DNA of 64,000 nt, taken from Felis catus (Eukaryota). Shown in pieces: positions 1 through 13,250 of the stretch. Every line of letters starts with the position of its first letter. Positions within the stretch are counted from its first letter, which is position 1. Location: assembly GCF_018350175.1 (NCBI RefSeq), contig NC_058368.1, positions 205,222,001-205,286,000 on the forward strand, written 5' to 3'. The position numbers and the translations under genes are program-made. Under the pieces are notes generated by a model. It did not search any database and had not been told where the DNA came from. It saw only the letters and a program-made list of their open reading frames with translations.

Positions 1-1683
1 TTCACAGGTAGATTGGCTTGGTATGTGGGTTCCAGTTGAAAATGTACTGCTATTGTCCCACACTCCACTTAGGGATGGCCCTGAAAGACTGATGAGTGTC
101 TTCCACTGGGAGGAAATCCTCCATCGGGAGGAAGTGCAAGCAGTGCATCTGATCATGTACTTTAAGAGTCACAAAGAAGCAGCCTATGATAAGGGTAAGA
201 ATTGACTGCATGATAAATGGTTTCTCTGGTGAGTTCAAAGCCTGGAAGGAGTAAGATTAGATTAGGGACACGGAAGAAGCATTTGGATGGAGCTGGAGAG
301 TGAGTACAGCATACCAACAATATTTGCAACATAAATCAGTGCTTGCAAGACAGTGTCCACCATGGAAGAAGAACTAAGTAACAAAGTCAACAGGGTGATT
401 TGGCCAATAGACAGCAACCAGCATCTATTGTTGGCTGACTCAACACTTATGCAACGCGCTCTAGAACAGAGAAGAAATGGTGGAGGAGATGAAGGCCACG
501 TGAGGGCCTGATCCGCACACATTCCCTTTCATGAAAGCTGATCAACTGCTGCCACCGCTGAGTGTCCAATATGCCAGCAACAGATAACACTAATACAGTA
601 TCATCCTTCAAAGAGACCAGTCAGTTATTTGGTGGCAAAATGATTACATCAAGCCCCTTCCACATTACAGGGGCTACATTTCATCTGGACTGTCAATCAA
701 CTCTAGTCTCTGCCTATGGCACCCAGCTAGCACCACTCCAGAGTGTCTGATCTAAGCCTCCAAATCCACTTAGCATTGCTAGGGACCAGGAGACAAACTT
801 TATGGCAAAAGATGTGTAGTGGTGGAACATAGCCATCATATCTATTTATTGATATCACCATATACTGGATCATCTAGAAGCTGCTGACTTAATAGAGTAG
901 TAGAAAGTCCTCTTGAGGGCTGTTGAAGTTCCACCTTGATGAAGACACTTTACAAGGATGGAGAGCTCTTCCTCAGGATACAGTGTATACCCTAAAACAA
1001 TGGACAATGGTAGTGCTATGTCACCAGTAAGTAGAATGCAAAGTCTGGAAATGAATGAATAAAAATACAGGGAGGGGCCCATTCATCATCATTCCCAGAC
1101 ACCTATTCAGGGAATTTGTGTTTCCCTATTCCTGTAATTTTAGGCTATGTGGGTCCTGGTCCCTAGAGCGGGTGGGGAGGCCTCCACCAGGAAATCAGGG
1201 AGAATCCCAATAAACTTAAAGCTATGACTAACTCCTAGCTACTTTTAGCTCCTTAAGCCAGTAGCAGACCATCAAACATGATGACCCTATTCATCATGAG
1301 GAAATAAAGTACTACTAGCCAATGCAAGCAGGGTGATTTGCTGGGTTGTCTCTTTGTATTTCCATGACCAATTTTACTGTAACAAGCAAGTCTAACAACC
1401 ACAGGCTGATAAAAGCATGGTAACTGAGGTATAAGATGTCACAAGGCAAGTCCAGCAGAGGTGCTAGCCAAGGAAGAGGCATTCTAGATAGCACAGTGGT
1501 AGAGGAGAAAGGATAAAAAGTATCTTGGGATCAATTGCACCAGGAGGAGCTGTAGTTTATCTAAATAAACTTCTTGTAAGTTTTCCCAAAACACCAACCA
1601 TTTAGGAGCCTGGAAAAGCTGTACCCAGATGAAGCCAGCTTAACTTGAGAAGCAAGTGTATCTGAGAATTACAAGGCAGGTAC
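1..1683 (+). mobile_element. Degenerate ERVL-class internal region (RNaseH/integrase-like relic, ERV3-16A3-int-like), truncated by window start
   Basis: Segments resemble ERVL pol as I recall it (e.g. 'tccaccatggaagaagaactaagtaacaaagtcaacagggtga', 'gatcatctagaagctgctgacttaatagagtagtagaaagtcctcttgagggc'). Many stops and frameshifts. Directly followed by an LTR. Confidence 0.7.
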
Positions 1684-2064
1684 TATAGGAGGCCTCATGA
1701 TTGCTCTGCCCAGATTCACTCTACTGGGCTGGAATAACCATCCCCTGGCTCTCATGCCTTAGCAGTCATTAGTGGCTCACAGCTATTTCCTTCCTCCAAA
1801 TAGGAGCCATTATAATAACTCCAGGGGGCAGCAACCCATGGTGACACTGGACAAGCTGGTGAAATTCATGCTCCATTGCTTGCAGTGGAACCAGACTTTT
1901 TCCAGCTGGTCTCCAGCTGAGACCACATCCTTTCTTAGTTCCTCCCTCTGTCCTATCCTTCTCTCACTATCCACCCCCACCCTCTTCTGAAATCACTTCC
2001 TCAATAAATCATTGTATAAGAATCCCAGTCCCTAGCTCTGCTTCTAGAAAACCCCATCTAAGAT
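1684..2064 (+). mobile_element. LTR16-like ERVL LTR (3' LTR of the relic)
   Basis: AATAAA at ~2004, then 'aagaatcccagtccctagctctgcttctagaaaaccccatctaagata', which resembles the LTR16 3' end. Confidence 0.65.
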
Positions 2065-3809
2065 AAGGAACAAATGGATCATTTGGCAGACAATCATCTC
2101 TCAGCCACAGATGACTTTAAAAGGAAAACATTTCTTCCAGATTCTTGTTGACCAAAATCACCTTTGTTTTAATATTAATAAAATATGCTCAAAGGTAAAG
2201 GTACTTGTAGATTCTTTATGTGGCTAGCTCTAACAAAACTATAAAAGCAGGATAAACTTGCCAATTAGATTAACCAAAGCAAAAGTAAAATGTAAATTTA
2301 CAACATTAACATAATGTGACAATTTTTTTTGTGAGGCCAATTTGCCAATGTTGTTTTTAAAAGCAGGAAGATAGTAGCCCCAGACTTGGTTCTATATTTA
2401 GTCTGTTCCTGTATTTTAAACTACACAATACAAATTCAGAGCATGTCATTGTTATTATTGTTTAAGTATGTTTTGCAAAACATCATTAATAACTTCCAGG
2501 CTTTTTTGCTAATTCAGAACAATCAGCTCTCTTTCTAAACTAAAAGCCAGCTAGCAAACAATCCTTTAGTGGCAACTGTAATAAATTCTCCCTTGATGAC
2601 TTGTTAACGGGTTCATTCTTACTTACAAGGTAATGGTTCAGAATAAAATGGTTCAGGCTCTTTTGAATTTAGTATATCTTTTCTGTGTGCCTCGCGAAGA
2701 TTCAATGCATCTACCACTATCAATTTGATCTGCTATGCCACATCCATTCATGGGGTGTCCCATGACACCAGTTGAGCTTTCTGTGGTGGGAGTAATACCA
2801 GAAACATAAAGGTAAATCTGATCACTAAAATTAGGAACTATACTGAAGGCCCTCTCATAATCCCAAATGTGCATATGTTACATTAGAGACTGTCAACAAA
2901 CTGAAAATAAACCGTTGAAAATTTCTGTTAAAGAATTAATATCCCCCTGTTGATACACTATACATACCACCCCCTCAGCATGTATGCTTTACTTTGGGAA
3001 GTAATACTCTAAAAGAACCATGAAATCCTTCCTACTCTAAAATTATATAAATTGTGCCCATCTCAAAAGCTGCCATAAACTGGGATGGTTCATCTCAAAA
3101 CAAAACAAAATGGTAGCCATTAGAATATGCTGCCTTTACATGCCCACTGGAAGACACTGACTTTGCTTTGCAATGAGTTGAAACAATTACTGGTTTTCTC
3201 TCACAGTAGTGCTTTGACTTCAGGAGACCTCTTCTCAATTGGATTTTAAGGTTTTATTTTCCTTTAAAGTAGTAAAGATTTATGGATGAAATGAAATCAT
3301 GGTTAAAAATGGTAAAACAACATTTCTTTATTTAAAAAAACGCATACTTTGAGCTCCTTAAATTTCAGTGGCACCAATTCATATTAATTAGCAAGAAAAA
3401 TAAAGAATAAAAATATCTTCTCCATCTCAAGTGGCCCTGTGAATGGTTGACTTGGATATAAATGCATTGGCTATATCTAACCTCTCATTTGTCATCTCAG
3501 AGACAGAATATTTATTTTAAAAAACTGTTTTTAGAGGTCTATTAAAAGTTTATGACATTTTGAAACTACATTAGGCATTTAGAGTCAATTTTCTTTTCAA
3601 AGCTAACTCCAAAATAGCATTACAAGAAGTGATTTACAGAAAAGATTAGTCACCAGTATATAAGGTGCCACCCTTTAGGTCTGGCTAAATTGAATTATTG
3701 TGATATGACCCAAGAGACCCTTATAAAATTATCTCAGTTATCTGGTATCTTAGGGGAACAGAAATTCTGAATTAGAGAATTTTCTAGGACAGAGAAACTC
3801 AGCTTTTCT

Positions 3810-3990
3810 GCTGTGGTTAATAATAGAGAAAATTTATAGTCCTGCAGATCTAGGTTCATATCCCCTCTTCTCTGCCTTGTACTATCTGTGTAATTTTGTC
3901 ACCATCATCTACAAAGCAAGAGTAAAATATTGAGCTTTCCTAGGATGACAAAGTATATAAACAACTTGGAATTCCTTCTTGGCACACAAA
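3810..3990 (+). mobile_element. MIR fragment
   Basis: 'gatctaggttcatatcccctcttctctgccttgtactatctgtgtaattttg...catctacaaa' resembles a degenerate MIR core. Confidence 0.45.
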
Positions 3991-4039
3991 GAATCTAGAA
4001 ATTTATATGCACTTTTCACTTCCTCATTTTGAGGTAAAT

Positions 4040-4254
4040 TTTTTAATGTTTTTTTTTATTATTATTTATTTTTGAGAGAGACAGAGTGTGAGTGGGGAAG
4101 GGACAGAGAGGGAGAGAGACACAGAATCCAAAGCAGGCTCCAGGCTCTGGAGCTGTCATCACAGAGCTTGACTCAGAGCTCAAACCCACAAGCCAAGAGA
4201 TCATAACCTGAGCTGAAGTCGGACACTCAACCGACTGAGCCACCCAGGCGCCCC
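4040..4254 (-). mobile_element. CanSINE (SINEC_Fc-type)
   Basis: Reverse-complement head 'ggggcgcctgggtggctcagtcggttgag', CT tract and A-tail. TSD ttgaggtaa. Confidence 0.95.
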
Positions 4255-4549
4255 TTGAGGTAATTTTTAAATTCACTGTGCCTGGTTCTTCCTCAGGCCC
4301 CTTTTTATGTACTTCTCTACCCTTACCCCATTCTTGCCCCGACTCTTCCTCCCTGGAATTGCTTTCAAAAGGTAGTATTAATTACAATTTATACTTTTTA
4401 GGCCTTTCCTCACTTGACTTCTTTGTAGCATTCATGCTAGTAACCATGTATTTCCTTCTTAGAAAATTCTCTCTTGGTTTCCACAACACAATCTTGGATT
4501 TCTTCTAACTCTTAATGGCTTCTCCACAGCCCTCCTTGCTGATCACTTA

Positions 4550-4679
4550 TCTAGGGTGTTTCCAACACCAACAACCAATTCTCCAATTCTCCAAACACCA
4601 ACTGGGTGTCCAATGATCAATTAAATTCTGACACTCACTACCTGAGGAAGAAACAGATTCCACAGGTTTAAGGATTCAG

Positions 4680-4714
<35 letters not shown>

Positions 4715-4766
4715 TACCCTCACTTCAAAAACCAATTGTAAGTCCCTGGGCAACCTGTACTTCTGA
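4550..4766. mobile_element. MER21/MER77-like LTR fragment containing a (CA)n repeat
   Basis: 'acaccaactgggtgtccaatgatcaattaaattctgacactcactacctg...cagattccacaggtttaagg' resembles MER21-family LTRs. Confidence 0.6.
4681..4712 (+). repeat. (CA)n microsatellite
   Basis: About 16 perfect CA units. Confidence 0.95.
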
Positions 4767-6439
4767 CTTTTTCCCTTGAAAAAAAGAGGTAAGCAGAAAT
4801 TGAGTAGATAGCAAGCTAAAACTGCCACCAGTTAAAGAGGCATATAATAAGAAATATACTTCTCTGAGCAGAGCACCTGTAGCAGAAAAAAGAAATGACC
4901 CTAAAGGCCCAAAGACATAGCAATAGGCACAGAAAATTTTGACCTAAGCAAGCAAAAGGACTTCAGCTTATCTATTTAAAGGCAAATTAAGAAAATAATT
5001 TATATTCACAATGCTAAGGATAGTAAGGAAAGGTAAAAATCATTTGTATTTCCTTAAATATTTCTCTATTTGATATATCCAATTTAAGTGTATTATTTTT
5101 TCAGTGTGCATGATTAGCTCTAAAAATATTTTAGAGTGCCTACTATAGGGAAAAATTGTGAAAAAGATCAAAAGCATTACTGGCTTTCCTGTGTAGCACT
5201 TACTTCTCTGTTACCTCAGCCTATTGCTTAGCCTTTGAGCTATTTTACAACCAAGGTGTAGAAATCTAACAGTAATGCAAAATGATGCTTGTTCATAGGA
5301 ATGCAAATTGTGCCTGGTGAAATGCAATCAATTATTTCCCTGTGGATATTAGCTAGTGTCTTCATTTTTGCATCTATTTGCAAATTCTTTTCAGGTCTTG
5401 ATGCCTAGATATTTGCTGCACTTCAGATTCTCCTTCAAATCAGTTGTACCACCTACTGACTCCTCATTATTTAAAAATAAAATTCATCTTTTATACCACA
5501 TGTGTCAGGAAGTGTTGTAGTTCATGGAGCTTACTCTTTTTTTTTATCACATTTGTTGTTTTAATAAAGAGTTCTATGATTTTGAAAAGTCTGAGTAAAA
5601 ACAACAACAACATGTTATCTCTTTAATTAGGTGGTTTGATTTATGGCAGCCTGTCATGTGACTAGAAATCTAACAAGAAAATATCATCCCAACTTCCAGT
5701 TCACTTAATACTTAAAGTTTATGAATCTTTCATAATTGGGCTCAAAAATCAAACTCCCAGATAGTCCTCAGAAAGTATACCTTTCATTCTCCTGTGGGCA
5801 ATATATTCTTAAAAAGTTGGGTTTTAATAAATATTATCTGTAAAAGATTTGCTGCGTTCAGTTCACGTACATCTCTAGGTACCTTAAATTTGGGGCCAAG
5901 ATTGGAACTACGTCAGGCCATCGGACAATTATGCCTATGTCACATTTCCCTCACTCATGAAACTGCTTACTGAATTATACTTTGGTTTTAGGCCTTTGCC
6001 TACATGGATATACAAGAAATACAAAATTTACTTTTGTATTTACTGGGAAAGTGTTGAAGACATTGTTTACAATGTCACAATGTCCACAAAATGAAGAAAG
6101 CCACTGAATTGGTCAGTCTAAAGAAACACAGTATTCTCCTAAAGCACAGTTTTATTTTTATTTGGGGACATGATAAAATTTATTTGACTTTGTTTTTTCT
6201 GTGCATTAATTGCTAGAAAGCTAGAAGCAATATTTCTGGCTTACATAGAAAGATGCACAGGACATTTTTTCACAAATATTATATACTAATCTTATTATCA
6301 GCATCATTTTATTCATTATCCTCTATTTCCCTGCCCCCTCAATTTCTTCACATACTTAGTCTGTATGAATAAACTATTATTTAATGAATATTTATAGCTG
6401 CCTCAAATCTATTTTTGGAACCATATACCATATATGTGT

Positions 6440-6700
6440 TATCATTGCTAATATTTATTGAGACTACTATGTGCTAAAAAATATGCTGAGCACTTTATAA
6501 GGATTACCTCATTTAATTCTTACTACAGTCTTATAAATATTGTATTTATTCTTATATTGCAGATGAAGAAACGGAGACTCAAGAAATTGTCCAAGGCCAC
6601 ACAGCTGGTTAGGCCAAACAACTAGTAAACAGCTGAGCTGGGATTTGAAGCTGTTCTAACTGACTCAGAGCCTGTGTTAACAACCACATCATTATGTGCC
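6440..6700 (-). mobile_element. MIR (MIRb-like)
   Basis: 'ctcatttaattc...ttgcagatgaagaaacggagactcaaga...gtccaaggccacacagct...gagctgggatttgaa' is the antisense MIR core. Confidence 0.8.
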
Positions 6701-6714
6701 TTTATATAAATACA

Positions 6715-6717
<3 letters not shown>

Positions 6718-6756
<39 letters not shown>
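6718..6756 (+). repeat. (GT)n microsatellite
   Basis: About 19 perfect GT units. Confidence 0.95.
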
Positions 6757-6759
<3 letters not shown>

Positions 6760-6970
6760 CAAATAACTAATTTTCTACTTAACCCAAACCTCTTTGGAAC
6801 CAAGTTAGTCAGTTCATGGCTCTTTAAGCCAAGAACTATAATTGAAATTATGCCAGCTTACTTTAATTAAGGGAGGTTCACTGTGAAAATGCCTAGGAGA
6901 ATATCAGGTATATAATAGACTCCCTATCTAAATACAAAAGTTCATTCCTCCTTTAGAAAAGTTCATCTTA

Positions 6971-7160
6971 GGGGCACTTGCATGGCTCAGTCAGTTGAGC
7001 ATCTGGCTTCGACTCACTTCATGATCTACGGTTGGTGAGTTGAATCCCCATATTGCACCACCAGGTGCTTGGGATTCTCTCTCTGCCCCTCCCCCACTTG
7101 CACGCACTGTTTCTCTTTCTCTCATTCTCTCTTTCAAAATAAATAAAGAAACTTAAAAAA
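6971..7160 (+). mobile_element. CanSINE, older/diverged
   Basis: Head 'ggggcacttgcatggctcagtcagttgagc', CT tract and A-tail. Imperfect TSD aaaagttcatctta/aaaaattgatctta. Confidence 0.9.
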
Positions 7161-8043
7161 AATTGATCTTAAGAGAGTTGCCAACATAGCCAATGTTGCC
7201 AAACATCAGTCCTTATCTGGAATGCAAGACTCCCTATTCTTTCCCATGGGGAAAGAATTTTAGTCCAACAACATCAGCCCACACCAACTCTTAGGCAAGT
7301 CATCCAACCTATCAGCCTTAGGATTCCATATGTAAAATGAGGGAAATATAAATAGTTTCCTGGGCTTTTATGAGGATCAAAAAGAGCAATTACATGACAT
7401 AATTTTATAAGAAATAACATTTTATCATTATTGATTAATATTATTTTGCTTTTGTGTAGAAATCATGTGATTATCTTTAAGAAGAAATGGCTTTGTATAC
7501 GTGGTATATATGGAGGAAATGGAGCATTTCCTGATTGGAAGGTGTTATGATATTTGCTCCAGTAATTGTGGAAATATAACAACAATGTCACTCTCTAATA
7601 CTGTTTTAAAGTGTAAGCCATTCCAAAAGAAGCAGTTCAATGATGACTTAGTGATCCTTGGAACTTACAAGCTAGTGATCTGGATGTGTTCCCATTTTCT
7701 AACTCACTGCCTTTATCTACTTTTCAAGAGGTTGAACATCCAATTCAACACCACACTGCTTTCCATGTATACACATACCAAAATATTTATCATTAATGAG
7801 TAAGGACATTTTGATGATTGCCATCATGGATAAGGATACACTCCCCCTACAAAATAAAAGTATAGTGCTAGCAACTAACATTGATGTATTTTCAATTATG
7901 TCATGTTTTATGTTATTTGTTTACATGTCTGACACCCTCAGATTAGCAAGGATTTTGGGACTTTGATCCAGTTACTTCACTATCTTTAATATGTTTCCTC
8001 ATTTGTGAAATAAGGAAGTTGAATTTAAAAATACTGAAATTTC

Positions 8044-8264
8044 GGGGCGCCTGGGTGGCGCAGTCGGTTAAGCGTCCGACTACAGCCAGGTCACGATCTC
8101 GCGGTCCGGGAGTTCGAGCCCCGCGTCGGGCTCTGGGCTGATGATGGCTCAGAGCCTGGAGCCTGTTTCCGATTCTGTGTCTTCCTCTCTCTCTGCCCCT
8201 CACCCGTTCATGCTCTGTCTCTCTCTGTCCCAAAAATAAATAAACGTTGAAAAAAAAATTTTTT
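8044..8264 (+). mobile_element. Young felid SINEC_Fc
   Basis: CpG-rich and near consensus. Perfect 15-bp TSD aaatactgaaatttc at 8029-8043 and 8265-8279. Confidence 0.97.
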
Positions 8265-9057
8265 AAATACTGAAATTTCCTGCAAGCCTTGATACTCTAT
8301 TACTCTATAAACTTAATTGGAACAATGTATTAGTTTTTCTGAATTAAAAAAAAATACCATTCCTATTCTTCTTCAATATACTAAAGGACATTTCATCTTT
8401 GCACCAGGCTCCATAAGGCAAAATTCTATTACATAATAGGAGATGCTCTCTTCCAGCAAAACCTGACAAAGTGTCAGAGGAAAAAAAACTAAGAAGGCCT
8501 GCTTTTCCATGTCATTTTATATTTAGACAAAATTCAATTTGAGTTCCTAAGAATACTAGATATAGCAGTGGAACAGATCATTTATTTTCTTTGTGCTTAG
8601 AGGCTCTTTTTCACACCTTTGGCCTTTCTGACTACTTAGATCATCCTTTCCAGACTGTGAAAGAGATGCCTTTTTTTTTTTTTGCAAAGAGTGTGTCCCA
8701 AGGGCCACATTTTCAAGCCACATCTGCCTGAAGAACATGGCACTCTCTCCACCACACTAAGCAAGCCCCTTGGTTCTAAAATCTATTATCAGCTTCAGAA
8801 CCTGGGGAAAAATGATTAGTTTTTAAATGGCTGTCCTATTCACACTCCATAAGCTTCTGACATCTATTTCTCTTAGAAATGGTTCTATGCCAATGACAGG
8901 AGAAAATGAACTTCAAACTAATGTAGTCAACCCTTACACTTATAAATCTCTTTTCATATTTCAGAGTTACAGGTCCTATTAAAGTGTGAAATTTGGAGAT
9001 TGCTTTAACTCTTTCTTCATATAAGTAAAATTCTTAAGAAGGTAGATTGGCTGTGTA

Positions 9058-9500
9058 TTGATTCAACAAATATTTATTGAATGTCTGATCTATGCTGAGC
9101 ATTGTACTCGGTACTGGGGATGCAGAGATGAAAGAGACCCTCCTTGAGTTTCCAAGAGGTCACACTCTAGTGAAGGATACAGGGAATTCCACAGGCATTA
9201 CAATACATTGTCACACATATTGTGAGAGAGATAAGTACGGGCCAGTTGGGAAGCATACAAAAAAAGTCACTTGAACAAAAAGAGTCTTACAAGCTTCTTA
9301 AGGAAGGGAGGTCTCTGAGCCTGCTTTTCCAAAATGAGTAGGTATTAGCCAGACAAAAGGAGACAGAAATAAAGTAAGACAGGCAGAGAGAGTACAAGCA
9401 CAGAGGCACTGACAGGGAAAACAAAAAGAACTTGCAAGATTACAACAGCTTCAGGTTCTTTGAACACCAAATTTCAAGTTGGGAAAGATAAAGTGAGAAA
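9058..9500 (-). mobile_element. L2 fragment
   Basis: 'attcaacaaatatttattgaatgtct...tatgctgagcattgtactcggtactggggatgcagagatgaa' is the antisense L2 3' end. Confidence 0.7.
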
Positions 9501-9977
9501 AGGAGTATTCCTTCCTCAGAGGAGAGCAAAGTCATTTGAACACACTACTACAGATTATGAATAATGAGTTAAAAATCAACTGTATCACTATTCTAGAGCT
9601 TGAATATTTTCTAATCAACTGAGATAGGAAGACCTTTGGGGATTTTAAAAGGTAAGAGTAAAAATTGAAAACTGCTCTCAGAAATAGTCACAGTGTATGA
9701 ATTTAACCAAGCTCCTCATAATTTGAATGTAAATTATAGGTTTTTCCTTTAATGGTGCCAAATACTCTATTTGCTTTGGAACTATCTGGAAATGGGACAG
9801 GATATGTACCCAGTGGCTACCAACTTGTGTGACCTTATGCCTCCTTCCCTTCACAAGAACCAACTCTCTCTCTCTGGCCATCTCTTGATCATTCACCCAA
9901 TCCTCGGCTCCACAAATATCCTCATCTTAATAGGGTGGACAAGCTCTAATAACTTGTCTAGGCCAAAAATTAAATCA

Positions 9978-11414
9978 TGAATTTCAATCTGTATTACAAA
10001 GCTGTAATCATCAAGACAGTATGGTACTGGCATAAGAACAGACACTCAGATCAATGGAACAGAATAGAGAACCCAGACATGGACCCACAAACATATGGCC
10101 AACTAATCTTTGACAAAGCAGAAATGAATATCCAATGGAATAAAGACAGTCTCTTCAGCAAGTGGGGCTGGGAAAACTGGACAGCAACATGCAGAAGAAT
10201 GAACCTGGACCACTTTCTTACACCATACACAAAAATAAACTCAAAATGGATGAAAGACCTAAACGTAAGAAGCCATCAAAATCCTCGAGGAGAAAGCAGG
10301 AAAAAACCTCTTTGACCTTGGCCGCAGCAACTTCTTTCTCAACACATTTCCAGAGGCAAGGGAAACAAAAGCAAAAATGAACTACTGGGACCTCATTAAA
10401 ATAAAAAGCTTCTGCACAGCAAAGGAAACAATCAACAAAACTAAAAGGCAACCGACAGAATGGGAGAAGATATTTGCAAATGACATATCAGATAAAGGGT
10501 TAGTATCCAAAATCTATAAAGAACTTATCAAACTCAACACCCAAAAAACAAATAATCCAGTGAAGAAATGGGCAAAAGACATGAATAGACACTTCTCCAA
10601 AGAAGACATCCAGATGGCCAACTGACACATGAAAATCTGCTCAACATCACTCATCAACAGGGAAATACAAATCAAAACCACACTGAGATACTACCTCATG
10701 CCAGTCAGAGTGGCTAACATTAACAACTCAGGCAACAACAGATGTTGGCAAGGATGTGGAGAAAGAGGATCTCTTTTGCACTGCTGGTGGGAAGGCAAAC
10801 TGGCGCAGCTACTCTGAAAAACAGTATGGAGGTTCCTCAAAACACTAAAAATAGAACTACCCTATGACCCAGCAATTGCACTATTAGCTATTTATCCAAG
10901 GGATACACGTGTGCTGTTTTGAAGGGACACATGCACCCCCATGTTTATAGCAGCACTATCAACAATAGCCAAAGTATGGAAAGAGCACAAATGTCCATCA
11001 CGGATGAATGGATAAAGAAGATTTGGTGTATACAATGAAGTATTCCTCAGCAATCAAAAATAATGAAATCTTGCCATTTGCAACTACGTGGATGTAACTG
11101 GAAGAGTATTATGCTAAGTGAAATTAGTCAGTCAGAGAAAGACAAAAATCATATGACTTCACTCATATGAGGACTTAAAGAGACAAAACAGACGAACATA
11201 AGGGAAGGGAAGCAAAATAATATAAAAACAGGGAGGGAGACAAAACATAAGAGACCCTTAAATATGGAGAACAAACAAAGGGTTATTGGAGGGGGTGTGG
11301 AAGGGGGGATGGGCTAAATGGGTAAGGAGCATTAACGAATCTACTCCTGAAATCATTGTTGCACTATATGCTAACTAACTTGGTGTAAATTTTTTAAAAA
11401 ATTAAATTAAAAAC
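9978..11414 (+). mobile_element. 5'-truncated felid L1 (ORF2 C-terminus plus 3'UTR), inactive
   Basis: Translations [27 protein letters not shown] and [17 protein letters not shown] match L1 ORF2. Frameshifted, with an A-rich tail. TSD aattaaatca at 9968-9977 and 11415-11424. Confidence 0.97.
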
Positions 11415-11900
11415 AATTAAATCAGTGATATCAAACATCAATGTTATTTCTTTTTATACCTAATGTTCACAAAATTATAACTAGTGTCACACATCAAAAG
11501 GAAGTTTTTGATTTTGTAAAATGATACATAAGTTTATATGTAACAAAATATAGATGCAAAGCAAAAATAAATAAAACAAAAAATAAGTGATGACTCCACA
11601 GGTATAAAGACATATTGTAGAGCTATTATAATTAAAATAGCATCTTATTAACATAATAATATTAATGAAACTGAAAAGAAAGCTAAGATATAGATTTCAA
11701 CAATATCATCAGGTCTCCTCCTGAGTCTTTTTCTCTTCTCTAGAATTAACTCATCCAGTTTGCAGTTTGCAACTGTATCATTTACATACTGATGATTTCC
11801 AAATTTTAATTCAACTTAGGCATGATTTCTCTGTCCCAGACTTGAATATCCATTTGCCTACTGTATTAGCATTTTCCAGAGAAACAGAACCAATAGGAAA

Positions 11901-11946
11901 TAGGTAGGTAGGTAGGTAGGTAGGTAGGTAGGTAGGTAGGTAGGTA
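11901..11946 (+). repeat. (TAGG)n tetranucleotide microsatellite
   Basis: About 11 perfect TAGG units inside the MLT2. Confidence 0.95.
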
Positions 11947-12346
11947 AGTAGATAGAGATTTATTATAAGGGATTGGCTCACACTATTACGGAGTCTGAGG
12001 AGTCCTACCATCTGACATTTGAGAGCTGGCAGCCCAAGGATACAAATCCAAAGGCCTGAGAACCAGAGGAGCCAGGGGTGTAAGGCCCAGTCCAAGTCCA
12101 AAGGCCTGAGAACTAGGAGGCCTATCATGTTAGTGCTGGTACAAAGTCAAAGGCCCAATACCCAGGAGTGCCGCTGTCCTAGGGCAGGAGAGGACATGTG
12201 TCCCAGTTCAAGCAGATCATAAATGTGTCCTTCCTCCACATTTTTGTTCTACTCAGTCTTCCAGTGGATTGGATGATGCCCACCTGCCCTGGTGAGGGCA
12301 ATCTTCTTTACTCAGTCTATTGATTCAAATGCTATTTGAACACCTT

Positions 12347-12565
12347 TATTTTTTTTTAAGTTTATTTATTTATTTTGAGATAGAGCAAGAATGAGGGAGA
12401 GAGAGAGAAAGAGAGTACATGCATGCAGAAGGGGCAGAGAGAGAATCCCAAGCAGACTCTGCACCATCAGTGCAGAGCCCTATGCAGGGCTCCAACCCAT
12501 GAACCATGAGATCATGACCTAAGCCAAAGTTGGACACGTAACCAATGGAGCCACCCAGAAGCACC
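12347..12565 (-). mobile_element. CanSINE nested in MLT2
   Basis: Antisense SINE with T-tail. Imperfect TSD aacacctt/aacatctt. Confidence 0.9.
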
Positions 12566-13009
12566 TGGAAACATCTTTAAAGACACACTCAGAAATAGTT
12601 TTACCAGCTATCTGGGCATCTCTTAGTCCAATCAAGTTGACACATAAAATTAACCATAACATCTATGTAACAACCTACTTAATTCTTTGAAACTCGATTT
12701 CTTCCCAAGCTAGTCTTTTATTCCTTCCCCTCTCAATAAATGCTACCACTATTCACAGTTCCTACAGCTAGAAACCTGAGAATTATCCTTAGCTTCTTTC
12801 TTTCCCTCACTGCTCACATCCATTTCTAGAAGAGTCCTTTTGGTTCTACCTCTAAAATAGACCTCCATCATTGCTACTATCATAGTCTAACTTAGAAAAC
12901 TGTCATTGACTATTACCAAGGCCTCCTAACTGATTTCACTGCATCTACTCCTGTCCTACTCCAATTAGTTTTCCTCTCTTAGTGATTTTATTATAAAGTA
13001 AATCAGATC

Positions 13010-13250
13010 GGAGTTCCTGGATGGCTCAGTCAGTTAAGCTTCTGACTTCTCGTTTCGCCTCTGGTCATGATCTCACGGTTTGTGAGATTGAGCCCCACGT
13101 CAAGATCTGCACTGACAGTGTGGAGTCTGCTTGGGATTCTCTCTCTCCCTCTCTCTCTGGCCCTCCCCTGCTCACACGTGCATGCTTTCTCTTTCTCTCT
13201 CAAAATAAATTAAAAAATAAACATTAAAAAAATAAATTTTAAATAAAATA
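13010..13250 (+). mobile_element. CanSINE
   Basis: Head 'gagttcctggatggctcagtcagttaagc'. TSD-like taaatcagatc/taaaccagatc. Confidence 0.93.

Larger units (their letters stand above)
11862..12661 (-). mobile_element. MLT2-type ERVL solo LTR
   Basis: Starts 'tgtattagcattttccagagaaacagaaccaatagg' and ends 'caagttgacacataaaattaaccataaca'. Flanked by a 5-bp imperfect TSD cctac/tctat. Confidence 0.9.

Noticed and set aside
2627..2874. Minus-strand exon/ORF candidate (IKLIVVDALNLREAHRKDILNSKEPEPFYSEPLP with a GTAAGT donor; 73-aa ORF in another frame)
   Set aside because: The nearest in-frame acceptor has no polypyrimidine tract, the peptide is unrecognised and there are no partner exons. It could still be conserved non-coding DNA.
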